IMG/VR virus record: IMGVR_UViG_3300042890_001842
Span: 48,012-112,011 of that record
Direction: 5' to 3' (one strand)
Source: a virus
DNA: 64,000 nt
The notes below the pieces were generated by a model. It saw only the letters and a list, made by a program, of their open reading frames with translations, did no database searches and had not been told where the DNA came from. The position numbers and the translations under genes are program-made. This document shows positions 10,554-21,767 of this stretch, piece after piece. Numbering within the stretch: position 1 is the first letter of the stretch; every line of letters starts with the position of its first letter.

Positions 10554-11786
10554 TTAAGCCACTATAGATCTAGCGGTTATGGTAGTCTCCAATCCATCAT
10601 TCCATGAATGACTGATACTAGTAATAACAAATTTTTGATTTGGGTCTATTTCATTAAAAGAGTGGCTTACAGTTATAATATCATAAATAGAAAGTAGCGG
10701 GTTCCCAAAAACTTCTATTTCAAGAACAGTATTATTTTTGCTCCATTGAGATTTAATAAAGTTGGAAAGCTCTATGGCATCACTTTGGTCTTGTAGCCAT
10801 TCTGAAGTAAATGTTATGGGCTCTTGAGAAGCATATTTATTTATTTGATCATCTTGATATACTATGCCAGCCGTTTTAATTAAATTATTGCCGATTACAT
10901 TTATCTGTGTTCCCAGTGAAGAGTCAACAAGCGTAGACATTCCAGAATTATTAATTAGATACAACTCAGTTTCAAATGGCATTAAGTTAGCATATAATAC
11001 CTTTACGCTTGAATTTAAATTTTCGTATGTAAATTTAGGAATTGATGGTGCGGTGTCATATCGCTTTTTGACATATCTAATTTCTCTTGCGATAGACCCA
11101 AATTCTTCAATGTACTTTTCTTTAGTTGCAGCAGCCACTCTCTCAATGCCATTTGCAAAAAATTCACCATAAGCCAAACTTATAATGCTTTTTGAAAATT
11201 GAGATTCATAAATATCTGTTAAAGATGGGGAATTAAATTCTTTTGCTGTAATTTTGAGTGCGTATGCATAATCAAAATATGCAGATCCAAGATTTGCAAA
11301 CAATGACATTCTTGAGCTCTTGGCTATAACTGAACTGCTATCTATTGCTTGAATTAAAAATCCATTTACGTATGCATTTATAGTTACTACACTGCCAGTA
11401 TGTCTTGCAAATATATCGATCTTGTAAGACTTTCCCTCTTGTATTCCAATAGTATCTTTTTGTAAATTTATATTGTCATTAAAAACTTTTACTACTGCTC
11501 CATTAACAACTTTTATAATTCTAAATTCATCTCCATACAAGCCAGCAGTTTGTGATGTTTTTGCTCTAACAAAATATCCAGTATTTGATGTAGCGTTTGT
11601 AAAAATGCCCACTCCACCTGACTGTCTTGTTGTTGATGCTTTTGGCTGAAAGTACATTGTTGTTCCAAATGAAAAGTACTGGCCAGTTATATCTATACCA
11701 GTATCCTTAACAGCCCCAGAAAAACTATTTGGACTTGTTGAGTTTGATGTTGTAACTAAAAATGATTTAGAAAGATTAGATGGCAT
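10554..11786 (-). CDS. Minor tail / baseplate hub protein, C-terminal-type part
   Basis: Start chosen at MPSNL after GGGAGG; ends with hub-like GNPLL...DIITV...VITSISH. Confidence 0.6.
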   Translation of the reverse strand: MPSNLSKSFLVTTSNSTSPNSFSGAVKDTGIDITGQYFSFGTTMYFQPKASTTRQSGGVGIFTNATSNTGYFVRAKTSQTAGLYGDEFRIIKVVNGAVVKVFNDNINLQKDTIGIQEGKSYKIDIFARHTGSVVTINAYVNGFLIQAIDSSSVIAKSSRMSLFANLGSAYFDYAYALKITAKEFNSPSLTDIYESQFSKSIISLAYGEFFANGIERVAAATKEKYIEEFGSIAREIRYVKKRYDTAPSIPKFTYENLNSSVKVLYANLMPFETELYLINNSGMSTLVDSSLGTQINVIGNNLIKTAGIVYQDDQINKYASQEPITFTSEWLQDQSDAIELSNFIKSQWSKNNTVLEIEVFGNPLLSIYDIITVSHSFNEIDPNQKFVITSISHSWNDGLETTITARSIVA

Positions 11787-13809
11787 AGAGTCCCTCCCGA
11801 TAATCATTTCCTCCAAAAGATCCAGATCCTGAATTAGTAGAGACTACATTGCTTGTATTTAATATTCCATCAGTAAAAGGTATCCATCCATTTGGAACTC
11901 CAGTTTGTACATAATGTGTTGCTAGCTCTGTACCAAATTTTGCTCTAGCTTTAATTCTATATTTTTCAGTTGGGATGAACCCAACTAGTGATCCTAATAC
12001 AGCTGCTGATCCTCTATACTTAGCAAAATCTGCTGGTCCAGTGATATCTACCTGAACTCTTGATCCACCAGTTATAGGCTGATATTCATACTGAATGGCG
12101 TCATACTCTATAACTTCTTCATCAATCAGCAGGTATCCAGAAAAACTTTGCAATGCTTCAATTGTTCTATCTTCTGCAGGCTTTATAGAAATTACTGCAA
12201 GGCTAACATATCCACCTGCTCCAGTTGAGCTAAGTAATGTTTCTTTTAAAGCTGCTGATGAGAAGGAAGTTTTATCTACATCTACTATAGACTTATTACT
12301 TTGCTCATAACCAGCAACATAAGCACTATTATAAAATACTTTAATATTATTTGAAGATGCTATATTGTCTGCTCTTAAAGAAATTATATTTGGCAAGCTA
12401 CTTCCACTAGCAGTATTTCTAAATGTCCAGTCTTTAGTCAATGAGGCTTTTTTGGTAAATATAAAATCTCTACTGTAAAATTGCAATACATTGTTTTCAT
12501 CAAATAATGCTGACATCTGAGTATCTGAACATAACTCTTGTATAGCTGACCATACTGTTTTTGTACCGTCGCTCCACCACCATCTAAAAGATATTACAGA
12601 TTTGTCTGCATCTGCCAGATTAAAATTATATGTTGTAAATCCTATTGAATCCAATATTCTTCTTATTACTGCAGTAGCTGAATAGTCGTCACAAAGAATA
12701 TCTGGGCATATGGTTTCTTGTAAAAACTTAGCTGCATCTAATGCAAAAAATTCAAGCTCTCCATTCTCGCCTATCTTCCAGTTGTCTAAATAATAAGATC
12801 CTTGAAGTACTTTAAAATATGTTCCATTTGAATCAGAAAGATTACCAGCAGCATCATATATTTTATAAAAAGGTTTAACCTCTGCCTTTTTAGACATATA
12901 AATATATGCATTATTTATTGCAATGCTTTCTTGAAAATTATAATTTCTAAACAATATGTTTGCATTTCCGTATGAATTAAGCTCCATGTCTAATGAATTT
13001 GCTGTTGCTAATCCAATTGGAAGGATATCGTTTGTTTCTGAGGATGCTTCTTTTTGTATTCCAAAAGATACAATTCTGTCAGTTAAATCTTTTATCCAGT
13101 GTGGAGCAACTTCAATCAATCCGATATACTTATCTCCGCCTGGATTTGTAGCAGTTACCCTTAAGTTATTTACTGTTACTTGAGAATTATAGTTAATGCT
13201 TGACTCAGTAGTTGTCCAAGTAGTGCCGTTATAATAAATAGCAACAATACCATTCGAGTCTATTGTTTTTGTCATACCAGATGTTACATCTGTACCATTA
13301 ATAAATATAGACCAAGAGCTTGGTGTGCAATGTGATAATTCAAATTTTAAAACAATTTTATTTGCTGGCACGGCCTTGTTCTCGTATGAGATTGGCGATG
13401 TGCCATCATAATATCTAATAGATACATCAAGGTTTGTATTCTTCTGTGTAACATAATATTTATAATTTGTATTTTTTGATGGAGAGTAAGTCCTATATGT
13501 TACTGGAGTCTGTGTTGTGTATGTAGTGTTTCTTGGATTATTATAAGTACCAGTCAGTAGGTCTCCAATTATTCCATACTTAATTCCAAATTTTTCTGGT
13601 CTGAATGGCTTTACAACTGAATCCAGCGGAAACAATAATTTAAATGGCTGAGCTCCGTCTGGAGATGTATAGTAATTAGCTCCAGTAAAATCATTTTCAG
13701 AAAATGATACTAACGTGTTACAATTTATATCAAGAGTTGCGCCAAGTCCAATATTAATACTTGTGCTTTGATCAAACTTATTAGTAACTTGTGAAGGTGC
13801 CTGTATCAT
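11776..13809 (-). CDS. Minor tail / baseplate hub protein
   Basis: Start MIQAP is coupled (TAATG) to the upstream gene; second gene after the tape measure. Confidence 0.6.
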   Translation of the reverse strand: MIQAPSQVTNKFDQSTSINIGLGATLDINCNTLVSFSENDFTGANYYTSPDGAQPFKLLFPLDSVVKPFRPEKFGIKYGIIGDLLTGTYNNPRNTTYTTQTPVTYRTYSPSKNTNYKYYVTQKNTNLDVSIRYYDGTSPISYENKAVPANKIVLKFELSHCTPSSWSIFINGTDVTSGMTKTIDSNGIVAIYYNGTTWTTTESSINYNSQVTVNNLRVTATNPGGDKYIGLIEVAPHWIKDLTDRIVSFGIQKEASSETNDILPIGLATANSLDMELNSYGNANILFRNYNFQESIAINNAYIYMSKKAEVKPFYKIYDAAGNLSDSNGTYFKVLQGSYYLDNWKIGENGELEFFALDAAKFLQETICPDILCDDYSATAVIRRILDSIGFTTYNFNLADADKSVISFRWWWSDGTKTVWSAIQELCSDTQMSALFDENNVLQFYSRDFIFTKKASLTKDWTFRNTASGSSLPNIISLRADNIASSNNIKVFYNSAYVAGYEQSNKSIVDVDKTSFSSAALKETLLSSTGAGGYVSLAVISIKPAEDRTIEALQSFSGYLLIDEEVIEYDAIQYEYQPITGGSRVQVDITGPADFAKYRGSAAVLGSLVGFIPTEKYRIKARAKFGTELATHYVQTGVPNGWIPFTDGILNTSNVVSTNSGSGSFGGNDYREGLYAI

Positions 13810-14255
13810 TATACCTCTTCCAAAGTTATAGATACATTCCACAATTCTTGAGGCGTATCCCCAGTGTTCATTTTAGCATTTCTTCTTATAATTTCAAAAC
13901 TACATGATGTAAAAATCATAGTCAAATTTTCAGCATTAGCTGTATTGCCATATTTTACAGTAACTGGAAATGACGCCTTTCCAGTTGCACCTTCATAAAA
14001 ATCTTTAATGTCTCTAGCTCCATAGAATCCATCTACAGTATATGTTGCTCTTGAAGGAAGTGCATCCCAAGATACACTAATTTCTTTCTTGTCTGCAATA
14101 AAAAACTTTCTCATTGTTCCGTTAGACATTCTTTGTGTCTTTTCAATTCTATTAATAGATATAGAAACTGGTGAACGGTTATGCTCTGATAGGCTAAATC
14201 CGCCAACTGTTATAAGGGCTCCTACTGGCAATGTTATTGGGTATGATGTTGGCAT
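13809..14255 (-). CDS. Distal tail protein-like
   Basis: 148 aa directly after the tape measure; RMSNGTMR...W..SITLEEV pattern. Confidence 0.6.
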   Translation of the reverse strand: MPTSYPITLPVGALITVGGFSLSEHNRSPVSISINRIEKTQRMSNGTMRKFFIADKKEISVSWDALPSRATYTVDGFYGARDIKDFYEGATGKASFPVTVKYGNTANAENLTMIFTSCSFEIIRRNAKMNTGDTPQELWNVSITLEEV

Positions 14256-17200
14256 TATTTACTCCTATTGTATCCGATTCTCTTTAATTCTTTTACTTCA
14301 AGGTCAACAATGTATCTTCCGATTTCTTCCTTTGTAAGACTTTGAGGTATGTTATATGTATTCTGCATAACAACATTGCTTCCAAATATTGGAGCCTGTC
14401 CTCCGCTAGCCATAGATACTCTATTTGATGTTCTGCTTGGAACAGAGTACTTTGTTGCTAATCCTCCCATTGCCATTCCATTAATTTTATCAAGCAATGG
14501 TACTCCAACATTTTGAACTGATTGAGCTCTTATTACATACTCTCCACTTGAAAGCATTGCTGGTATGGAATCAGAAGTTCCGCTTCCTGGACCTCTTATA
14601 ATACCACCCATGGCTTTACCCTGCGCTCTTGTCTCCCATGAGTTTGGATCCATATTTCCTTGTGGACCGTAGATCTTATACTTAACTCCCTTGTATTCAA
14701 GAAAGTCTCCAGGTTTTAATCCTTTATCTTGAATTAATTGCTTTCCGCCCTTTGTGCTTAGGGTACCTCTTTCGTTTAATTCGTAAGATCTAAATCCAGC
14801 ACCACTATTAACTTTAAGAGGATTATTAGCTCCGTATTGAGGTGCACCTTCTTTACTCATGTCCAACTTCTTGCCATTTATATAAATGTCGCCAGTTGTA
14901 CTAATTCCTTCTTTAGACAAAGCCTCTGAAAGACCCTTGTCCAGTCCACTCAAAAGATTCATTGCAGTTGTAGCGATATCTTCTGGTCCCAATTTTCCGT
15001 TAACAACATCTGGAAGTCTGGCAGTTCCTACTGGCAATCCAGCCTTTTGAACCGCATTAATAAAATCAGCAGCAAGACCCTTAAACTCAGCAGTTGTTTT
15101 AAACTTTGCTAAATCATCTTTATTGGCAAGTAGTGCAAGCTTAAGTCTAGACATTGCACCATTTACGCCATCAATTTCTGTTTTTTGTTTTGCAATTTTT
15201 GAAGTTAGTGCGTCTAAGCTTTCTCCAGCAAGTGCTGCTTTGTCAGCTAACTTTTCATTTTTATTTTGAATAGCTTCTCTTTGTGCTTCTAAAGGCTTGA
15301 CCTGTTTATCTCTGTCAGCATCGATCTTATTCATTGCAAGAGTAGTTTGTCTACCAGATACAAGCTCACGCATTCTTAATTGTGCTTGTGCGGCAGCTTG
15401 CATATCTCCAGTTGCTATATTTTGCTGATATTCTAATTGAGCTTTTTGTAACTCAAGTTGATAATTTTCTCCTGCTGCTTGATCTTGCAACGCTTTCTTT
15501 CTTGCATCAGCCTCTTCATTAATTTTTTTAATCTTTTTATCAATTGCTCTTATTGCATCACGATCTTTAATCTGTTCAGCTACCGTCTGTCCCTTGGTAG
15601 CCTTAAGCAATTCTTTTTGTCTTGCTGTAAGTTTATCTAGGTTTTCATACTGCTTTTTTAATAGCCCCGTTTTATTTGTTTCAACTACAGCTTTTTGAAC
15701 TGCAACTGATAGCTTGTATAATTGATCTACTTGATCAGTATTTAACTGTGTTAAATCTCCAGCAAATCCAGCAGCTTGAATTCTTAACTTTTGCCAAATG
15801 CTTAATATGGTATCTGAAGATGTAGCAAACTTCTTAACTTCTGGGTTTTGCTTAATTAGGTTTTGTAAAACAGCATCTCCAATTGGTTTCTGTTCTTTAA
15901 CCTTAGCATTAATCATAGAGATCTGCTTATTCTCTGCTTCGTATAAACTTAACTTTTGAGTCTTTCCAGTCTTATCTTTTTTAGCAGCTTCTTCGCTGGT
16001 CTTCATTATATTTTCTACACCTGCGTCAATTGCAGTTAAAGCAGTATTTAATTGAGCTGCCTGATCTCTTGTATTCTGGAAATCCTTAGCCAAGTTAAAT
16101 GTTCCAACTGCACTAACTGCTGCTGTTTCTTGATTACGAATTTCTCCAAAACCCTTTGAACCAATTGCAGATACTGCTGACATTGGCTTATTTGAAAGCT
16201 TAAACAATACGTATATCTTCTTAGTAGCCTCTTCAGCAGACATGCCAGCTGCAACAAATTGCTCCTTCAACTGAATTGCAACTTGATTTATATCTTTAGA
16301 CTTTGTAGCGCTAATTAGATCTATTTGATCCTTCATTGTTGTTTTTACTTCTTTTTGAAGTTTCTTATATTCTTCAATAGTAAGCTTAAAAGGAGTTCCA
16401 GCAGACTGCAGGCTTTCGTAAATAAGTTTATTCTTATCCAATAATAACTTTACTGAATCTATTGAATCTTTTATTTTTGAAGTATAGCTTGTATATTTTA
16501 GTCCAGCCTTTTCTGCAGATTCAGCAGTTAATCCAAATGCTGCAGCTGATAATCTTTGTGTTTCGTTATAGTTTTGCCAAGCCTTATATGCTCCAGCTAC
16601 TATTGTAGTTCCAGCTGCCAAAGCAAGATTTGTTCTTGTAATTCCAAGTAAAACTTTTCCTGATATCTTTGCAAATGTGTTGGAAGATGTTGCTATTTTT
16701 TCAACACCTCCAGCATATTTTCCAAGTACTGGTGTTCCTTGTGCGAATATAGACTGTCTTCCTTTTGAGATCTGCTCAATAGGAGTATTGAATGCTAGCG
16801 GAACTCCCTCTTGCATAGGTTTTCCAAAAGCGGCTAAGTTGGGAGTTAATGTTGAAGTTCTTCCAAGTCTTTGTTGAGGGGTTATACCAGATCCTCTAGA
16901 ACCAAACATTCCAGGCAAAAGGATTGATCCAAGGATACCACCAATCATAGATCCACCACTTCCGCCAAATTTAGAACCTAATGCTTGTCCTGCTGAGCCT
17001 CCCAAAATTGATGCTAACAATTGAACAATCATTCCACCTTTATTGTATCCCTTAACCATACCTCCCATGGCATATCCTGGAATTATTCCACCAGAGTTTT
17101 TAGGAACAAATACTTCTGGTCCATCTTCTCCGACTAGATATGGTCTTCCGCCACTTACTGGTCCGCCATTTTTACGTGCACCATCAACTACTGTTTCTAC

Positions 17201-20200
17201 TTGTAGTTTGCCTTTATCAAATCCTACTACTCTAAACTTTCCGCCAAATATTGCTTCTTGTTCTGATCTATATTGACCTCCGAACTTGCTACCAGCACTC
17301 CAATCTTGTCCATATGGAGCTAAGAATTTTTTATCTGGGAACATGTCTCCAGCTGGTAAGATGTTTCTATTTTTTATAGCCGCTTCGATTACAACATTAT
17401 TTGGATCTACTCCAGAACCTGGTGCAAAGAAGTTGGCGATCTGTGGACTCTTGCTCCATGAAGATCGGCGCATAATAAATTCTTTGCCAATTAGTCCAGA
17501 TAAATCACCAGTAGATCTTGCAATACCTATAGCTTCTATTAAATCTTGAGGAAGTCCCTTAAAAGTTTTATCAAGTCTTATTCCTCTAAATAACTTACCA
17601 GTAAATTTTCTTTGAAGAGTTTTCATTGCAGCTATTGGACCCAAAGGATGATTTCCAAGTCTCTGCATCTGACTCATTATGTCTAAGTTGCCTGACATAT
17701 ACTGTGCTGTGGCATACTTGCCACGCTCTTCCATATTTCCAGTTAAAAATTGTGGAAGCATTGCTTGTCTTGCAAATCTGTCATCCTTATAAAGAACTTC
17801 TTTTAGAAAATCAGGATCATTTTGGAAATTTTTTGGAGTCATAGATCTACCAATTTGAAGTGGACCATGTAATGGATCTTGGTTTCCTAATGTATATTGA
17901 TATCCTGGCATTCTAAACTGCTGTTGAGGTTTCCATCTTGCAGTTATTTTATCAACTATTGTTTTTGATAATGGCTTTACAATTCTTCCAGCAATATTAC
18001 TTCCAAAGTATTGAACTCCTGGAACCATGCCGCCCTTGTTAAATGAAATATCTGAATTATCTTTATTATATACCGCTGGGCCTGAGCCAGAAATTTGAGA
18101 ACCACGAAGATTTCCCAATTGTCTCATTTCATCAAAATAATTGCTGCTAGATCCTTGAATTTTAAGTTTTGCTAAATGTCTTCTAAGAATTTTTTCCATA
18201 AATTCTTCAAATGTATTTGTATCTTTACCAAAAGGAATTCTTCTTGATGTCAACTGACTTTGTGCATCTTCCCATGCATCTGCAAAAACTTTATTTATTT
18301 TTTTAGAAGGATATCCAAGCATTCTTGCAGATGACATCATTGTTGAGAATGGATGCATCAATCCGCCTCTTAAAGCTTCAAGAATTAATTTTGGATTACC
18401 ACCTGTAATTAATGAAAGGTTCCCTCCCTCACCAAATCTAGTTTGTGGTCCAAACAGTGCTGGCATAATATACTGTCCAGTATCTGTTTTATGTACAGGA
18501 GTAGAGAAATGACTCCTATCTATTCCAGACCATAAATTATTAACTTCATTGTCATTTAAATTTTGTAACTGATCCTTTGTATAATAGGCTCCTGTTTTTG
18601 GATCTTTTATCTTCCATCCAGCATCATGACTTTGAATTAAATCAATTCTTCTAGAGCCAGAATGTGCACCAGTTCCTGTTGAAAAGTAATGTCTATGTAA
18701 CGGCTTTCCTCTTACATTTAAAGTTCTTCTTGGAACTGCTCTGCTCCATGGAGAATTGGAGAGCATTGAACTAATCATTGATAGTGTTGGTCTTGGTCCG
18801 TATCCTCCTCTATTTGAAGATACAATTCCTCCGCCTAATATTGATCCACCTAAATTTCTTCCCTGTAGAGGAACAACCATTGCTCTTCCTTCATTAAGAG
18901 CTCTCATTCCATCTGGATCTTGTTGTGCAATACCTCTACGAATTACAAACTCTCCTGGAGTAAGCATTGCTGGAACAACATCTGCATCTACATTCGGGCC
19001 AGGAACTTGGTCTCCATTATTGTAGAATACATTTCCTCCAGAATTTAATCCTTGTGGCCTTGTTGTTTCAATACTATAAGGACCACCCATTGTTCTTGTT
19101 CTTGTTGCTTTTCCAACAGCAGCCATGACATCTGCAAATATTCCTTGACGGAACATTCCACGAGTATTTGGTTTACCCTTAGCATCAACAACTGGTTGAT
19201 CTATAAGTGGTGCTTTTGTTAAATCTATTGTTCTTCCACGAGATGCGGCATATGCTGATACTTCGATACCCATCATTCTTTCAAGCTCAGCATTTGAGGC
19301 AATAATTGCTGCACGAGCCTGCTGAATATTTATCTTTCCAGCTTTAAGCTCTCCAACAATTTGAGCAGATTGTGCAGCAGCATTTGCTGTAAGTCTTTGT
19401 GTAATTGGCAGAATGTCATCAAATGTATCAATAAACTCTTTTGAAACTTGTCCGCCCATTCCAATAAGCTTTTTCAAATTATCTATTTCTGCTTTGCTTT
19501 GTACGCCCAATGCTCCCATTAATGCTGTATATCTTGCATGCTGTGAGGCAACTACTCCAGTAGAAACTCCATTTATAGTTGTAAGTCCTGAAACATCTGG
19601 AAGTCTTTCATTCATTAATATTTGAGGATTAGCGCCAATATTTCTGTTTACTGGGACTGGTTGTAATGTTAATCCAAATATTGAAGTTGGATTATCTGGG
19701 TCTCTTGGATTTAAATGTGCTGCTGCTCTTGAAGTTCCGCCAAGCAATGGATGATCTTTGTCTACAACTCTTTGTCCTGAAGCACCAAAATTCATTACTG
19801 GTGTGCCAGCTGCAGTTGTCATTACGCTGCCTAGGGTAGCAGTTGATGCTGTCGCCTTTCTTGCATTTGCTTCCAATAAAACTAAGTCTTCGCTTAGTTT
19901 TTTAATAGCTAGGCTTAAGGTTGCTGCTGCCTTTGAATCACTATAAAATTCATTTCCAAGTTTCTTGCTTGCATCTTGTGCAGCCATTATTTCTGGTGTT
20001 AATAATTTAAATCCTTCTGCGCCTTTAAATAAAGCTTTAAAGTGTCCAAGTCCTTTAATAATATATCCAAAGAAGTTTGCCAAAACACCAGTAAGCATAA
20101 TTACTGGTCCTAGAATTGCTGTAAATGCACCGCCAAATGTCATAAGCTTTTTAATTGGATCTGGTAACTTCTGTGCAAAATCTATAATGCCACCTAGTAC

Positions 20201-21757
20201 GTTCAAAAGCTTTGTGCCTATATCTAAGAAGTCTTCTCCAACTCCAGCAAGATCAGCCTTTAATCCTTCTATGGCTCTCTTATATCTACCTGCTGCAGAG
20301 TCAGTTACTGCTGCTAATTCTCTAGTAGCAACTGCTTCAAGATCGCTAGTACTTGCCTTCATTAAATCTAAAACCTTTAATGTCTGGCTTCCTTCACGAC
20401 CAAGGTTTTCAAATAAAGCATTTAGTCTTGAAAACTGGAACTTTCCAAAAAGCTGTTCAATTGCTTGTTGCTTTTGCAGTGGATCTAATCTATCTAGAGA
20501 AGCCTGTAACGCCATTAATGTTTCTGTTACGTTACCAGCGTTATTATTTACAATACCTAGAAGATCAATTCCAAATGATTTAAATTTGTCTACCGCTACA
20601 CCAGTTGGATTAATTAAAGAAGCAAGTGCTGACTTTAATGCATTTGCGCCTTCTGACGCATTAATTCCACCTTCACGCATAGCTGTCATATACAAAGCTA
20701 AATCTTGAACATCTCCTCCAAGACCCTTAATTACTGGACCAGCCTTTGGAATTGCTTCAACCAAGTCTTGCAGTGTTGTTGAAGTTTGGTTTTCAACTGC
20801 GTTTAAGAAGTTAATTGATTGAGCTAATTCTTCTGTATTAGACTTGAAAGCAGATTGTATTGCTAAGGTTGCCTTCATTGCTTCTTGACGATCTACTTCA
20901 CCAAGTACTGCCAATCTTGTAGTTTCTGAAACAGATGATAGAAGTTCATTTCCTGTTTTTCCAGTTGCTGCAATATCAGCAGCCAAACTAATTGTTTCTG
21001 CAAAATTTACACCCATTGCTGAAGAAAGTTCTTTTGCTGTAGCAGATACTTCTTTTCTTACCTTGGAGAGTTCTTCTGCTGATGTACCAGCAACTTCTCC
21101 ATATACCTTTGTTAATCTTGTTAATTCTTGATCTGCTACTTTAAATGCATCTGCAGCAGCTTTTCCAAATGCTGCAAGTGGTAGAGTTAAACCAACAGTT
21201 AACTGACGACCAGCCCATTGAGTATTCTTACCCCAGTTGATAAGCTGAACTCCACCATCTTGAATAACCTTATTCATTATTTGCAGCTCTTGCTTAAGTA
21301 AGGACGCCTTATTCTTTGTTAAATCTAATCCTCTTGGAATATGAACATTGTACTGCATTAACCCCTGTGAATTTCTTCCAAGTGGTTGCAGTACTGAGTT
21401 TTGTAATTGAGTCTGTTGTTTTGCTAAATCTCTTATCAGACCGCCAGTGGTTCTTGTGTGATCTTGATATACCCTAAAGTAGTCTTTAAGTTTTAGTCTT
21501 CCGCTATCTAGGTTTCTACCAAACTTTTCAACATCTGATGTAAGGCTAACAAAGTGTGTAGAGAATTGCCCAGTCTTGAGCATTGTCTCTTTAAACATTG
21601 CATTAGTTGCACCTATTTGACCAGCTAATGCTCTGTTAGATCCAGCAAATTGTTGCTGTAGTTTTGAAAGGCTGTTTGTAACTCTTTGCACATCTGCGAT
21701 GAGATTTGAGAAATCAGATTTAGCAACGATATTCGTTACTATTTGTTGATCAGCCAT
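14255..21757 (-). CDS. Tape measure protein with inserted enzymatic cassettes
   Basis: 2500 aa, helical, TP901-type core region; follows the frameshifting chaperone; (A/N)xGG and PAMLTPGEFV repeats. Confidence 0.92.
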   Translation of the reverse strand: MADQQIVTNIVAKSDFSNLIADVQRVTNSLSKLQQQFAGSNRALAGQIGATNAMFKETMLKTGQFSTHFVSLTSDVEKFGRNLDSGRLKLKDYFRVYQDHTRTTGGLIRDLAKQQTQLQNSVLQPLGRNSQGLMQYNVHIPRGLDLTKNKASLLKQELQIMNKVIQDGGVQLINWGKNTQWAGRQLTVGLTLPLAAFGKAAADAFKVADQELTRLTKVYGEVAGTSAEELSKVRKEVSATAKELSSAMGVNFAETISLAADIAATGKTGNELLSSVSETTRLAVLGEVDRQEAMKATLAIQSAFKSNTEELAQSINFLNAVENQTSTTLQDLVEAIPKAGPVIKGLGGDVQDLALYMTAMREGGINASEGANALKSALASLINPTGVAVDKFKSFGIDLLGIVNNNAGNVTETLMALQASLDRLDPLQKQQAIEQLFGKFQFSRLNALFENLGREGSQTLKVLDLMKASTSDLEAVATRELAAVTDSAAGRYKRAIEGLKADLAGVGEDFLDIGTKLLNVLGGIIDFAQKLPDPIKKLMTFGGAFTAILGPVIMLTGVLANFFGYIIKGLGHFKALFKGAEGFKLLTPEIMAAQDASKKLGNEFYSDSKAAATLSLAIKKLSEDLVLLEANARKATASTATLGSVMTTAAGTPVMNFGASGQRVVDKDHPLLGGTSRAAAHLNPRDPDNPTSIFGLTLQPVPVNRNIGANPQILMNERLPDVSGLTTINGVSTGVVASQHARYTALMGALGVQSKAEIDNLKKLIGMGGQVSKEFIDTFDDILPITQRLTANAAAQSAQIVGELKAGKINIQQARAAIIASNAELERMMGIEVSAYAASRGRTIDLTKAPLIDQPVVDAKGKPNTRGMFRQGIFADVMAAVGKATRTRTMGGPYSIETTRPQGLNSGGNVFYNNGDQVPGPNVDADVVPAMLTPGEFVIRRGIAQQDPDGMRALNEGRAMVVPLQGRNLGGSILGGGIVSSNRGGYGPRPTLSMISSMLSNSPWSRAVPRRTLNVRGKPLHRHYFSTGTGAHSGSRRIDLIQSHDAGWKIKDPKTGAYYTKDQLQNLNDNEVNNLWSGIDRSHFSTPVHKTDTGQYIMPALFGPQTRFGEGGNLSLITGGNPKLILEALRGGLMHPFSTMMSSARMLGYPSKKINKVFADAWEDAQSQLTSRRIPFGKDTNTFEEFMEKILRRHLAKLKIQGSSSNYFDEMRQLGNLRGSQISGSGPAVYNKDNSDISFNKGGMVPGVQYFGSNIAGRIVKPLSKTIVDKITARWKPQQQFRMPGYQYTLGNQDPLHGPLQIGRSMTPKNFQNDPDFLKEVLYKDDRFARQAMLPQFLTGNMEERGKYATAQYMSGNLDIMSQMQRLGNHPLGPIAAMKTLQRKFTGKLFRGIRLDKTFKGLPQDLIEAIGIARSTGDLSGLIGKEFIMRRSSWSKSPQIANFFAPGSGVDPNNVVIEAAIKNRNILPAGDMFPDKKFLAPYGQDWSAGSKFGGQYRSEQEAIFGGKFRVVGFDKGKLQVETVVDGARKNGGPVSGGRPYLVGEDGPEVFVPKNSGGIIPGYAMGGMVKGYNKGGMIVQLLASILGGSAGQALGSKFGGSGGSMIGGILGSILLPGMFGSRGSGITPQQRLGRTSTLTPNLAAFGKPMQEGVPLAFNTPIEQISKGRQSIFAQGTPVLGKYAGGVEKIATSSNTFAKISGKVLLGITRTNLALAAGTTIVAGAYKAWQNYNETQRLSAAAFGLTAESAEKAGLKYTSYTSKIKDSIDSVKLLLDKNKLIYESLQSAGTPFKLTIEEYKKLQKEVKTTMKDQIDLISATKSKDINQVAIQLKEQFVAAGMSAEEATKKIYVLFKLSNKPMSAVSAIGSKGFGEIRNQETAAVSAVGTFNLAKDFQNTRDQAAQLNTALTAIDAGVENIMKTSEEAAKKDKTGKTQKLSLYEAENKQISMINAKVKEQKPIGDAVLQNLIKQNPEVKKFATSSDTILSIWQKLRIQAAGFAGDLTQLNTDQVDQLYKLSVAVQKAVVETNKTGLLKKQYENLDKLTARQKELLKATKGQTVAEQIKDRDAIRAIDKKIKKINEEADARKKALQDQAAGENYQLELQKAQLEYQQNIATGDMQAAAQAQLRMRELVSGRQTTLAMNKIDADRDKQVKPLEAQREAIQNKNEKLADKAALAGESLDALTSKIAKQKTEIDGVNGAMSRLKLALLANKDDLAKFKTTAEFKGLAADFINAVQKAGLPVGTARLPDVVNGKLGPEDIATTAMNLLSGLDKGLSEALSKEGISTTGDIYINGKKLDMSKEGAPQYGANNPLKVNSGAGFRSYELNERGTLSTKGGKQLIQDKGLKPGDFLEYKGVKYKIYGPQGNMDPNSWETRAQGKAMGGIIRGPGSGTSDSIPAMLSSGEYVIRAQSVQNVGVPLLDKINGMAMGGLATKYSVPSRTSNRVSMASGGQAPIFGSNVVMQNTYNIPQSLTKEEIGRYIVDLEVKELKRIGYNRSK

Positions 21758-21767
21758 ATACTATATG

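Noticed and set aside
10554-13809. Hub gene split as a frameshift or pseudogene
   Set aside because: The downstream ORF has its own GGGAGG SD and ATG with a short overlap; two genuine genes is the simpler reading.
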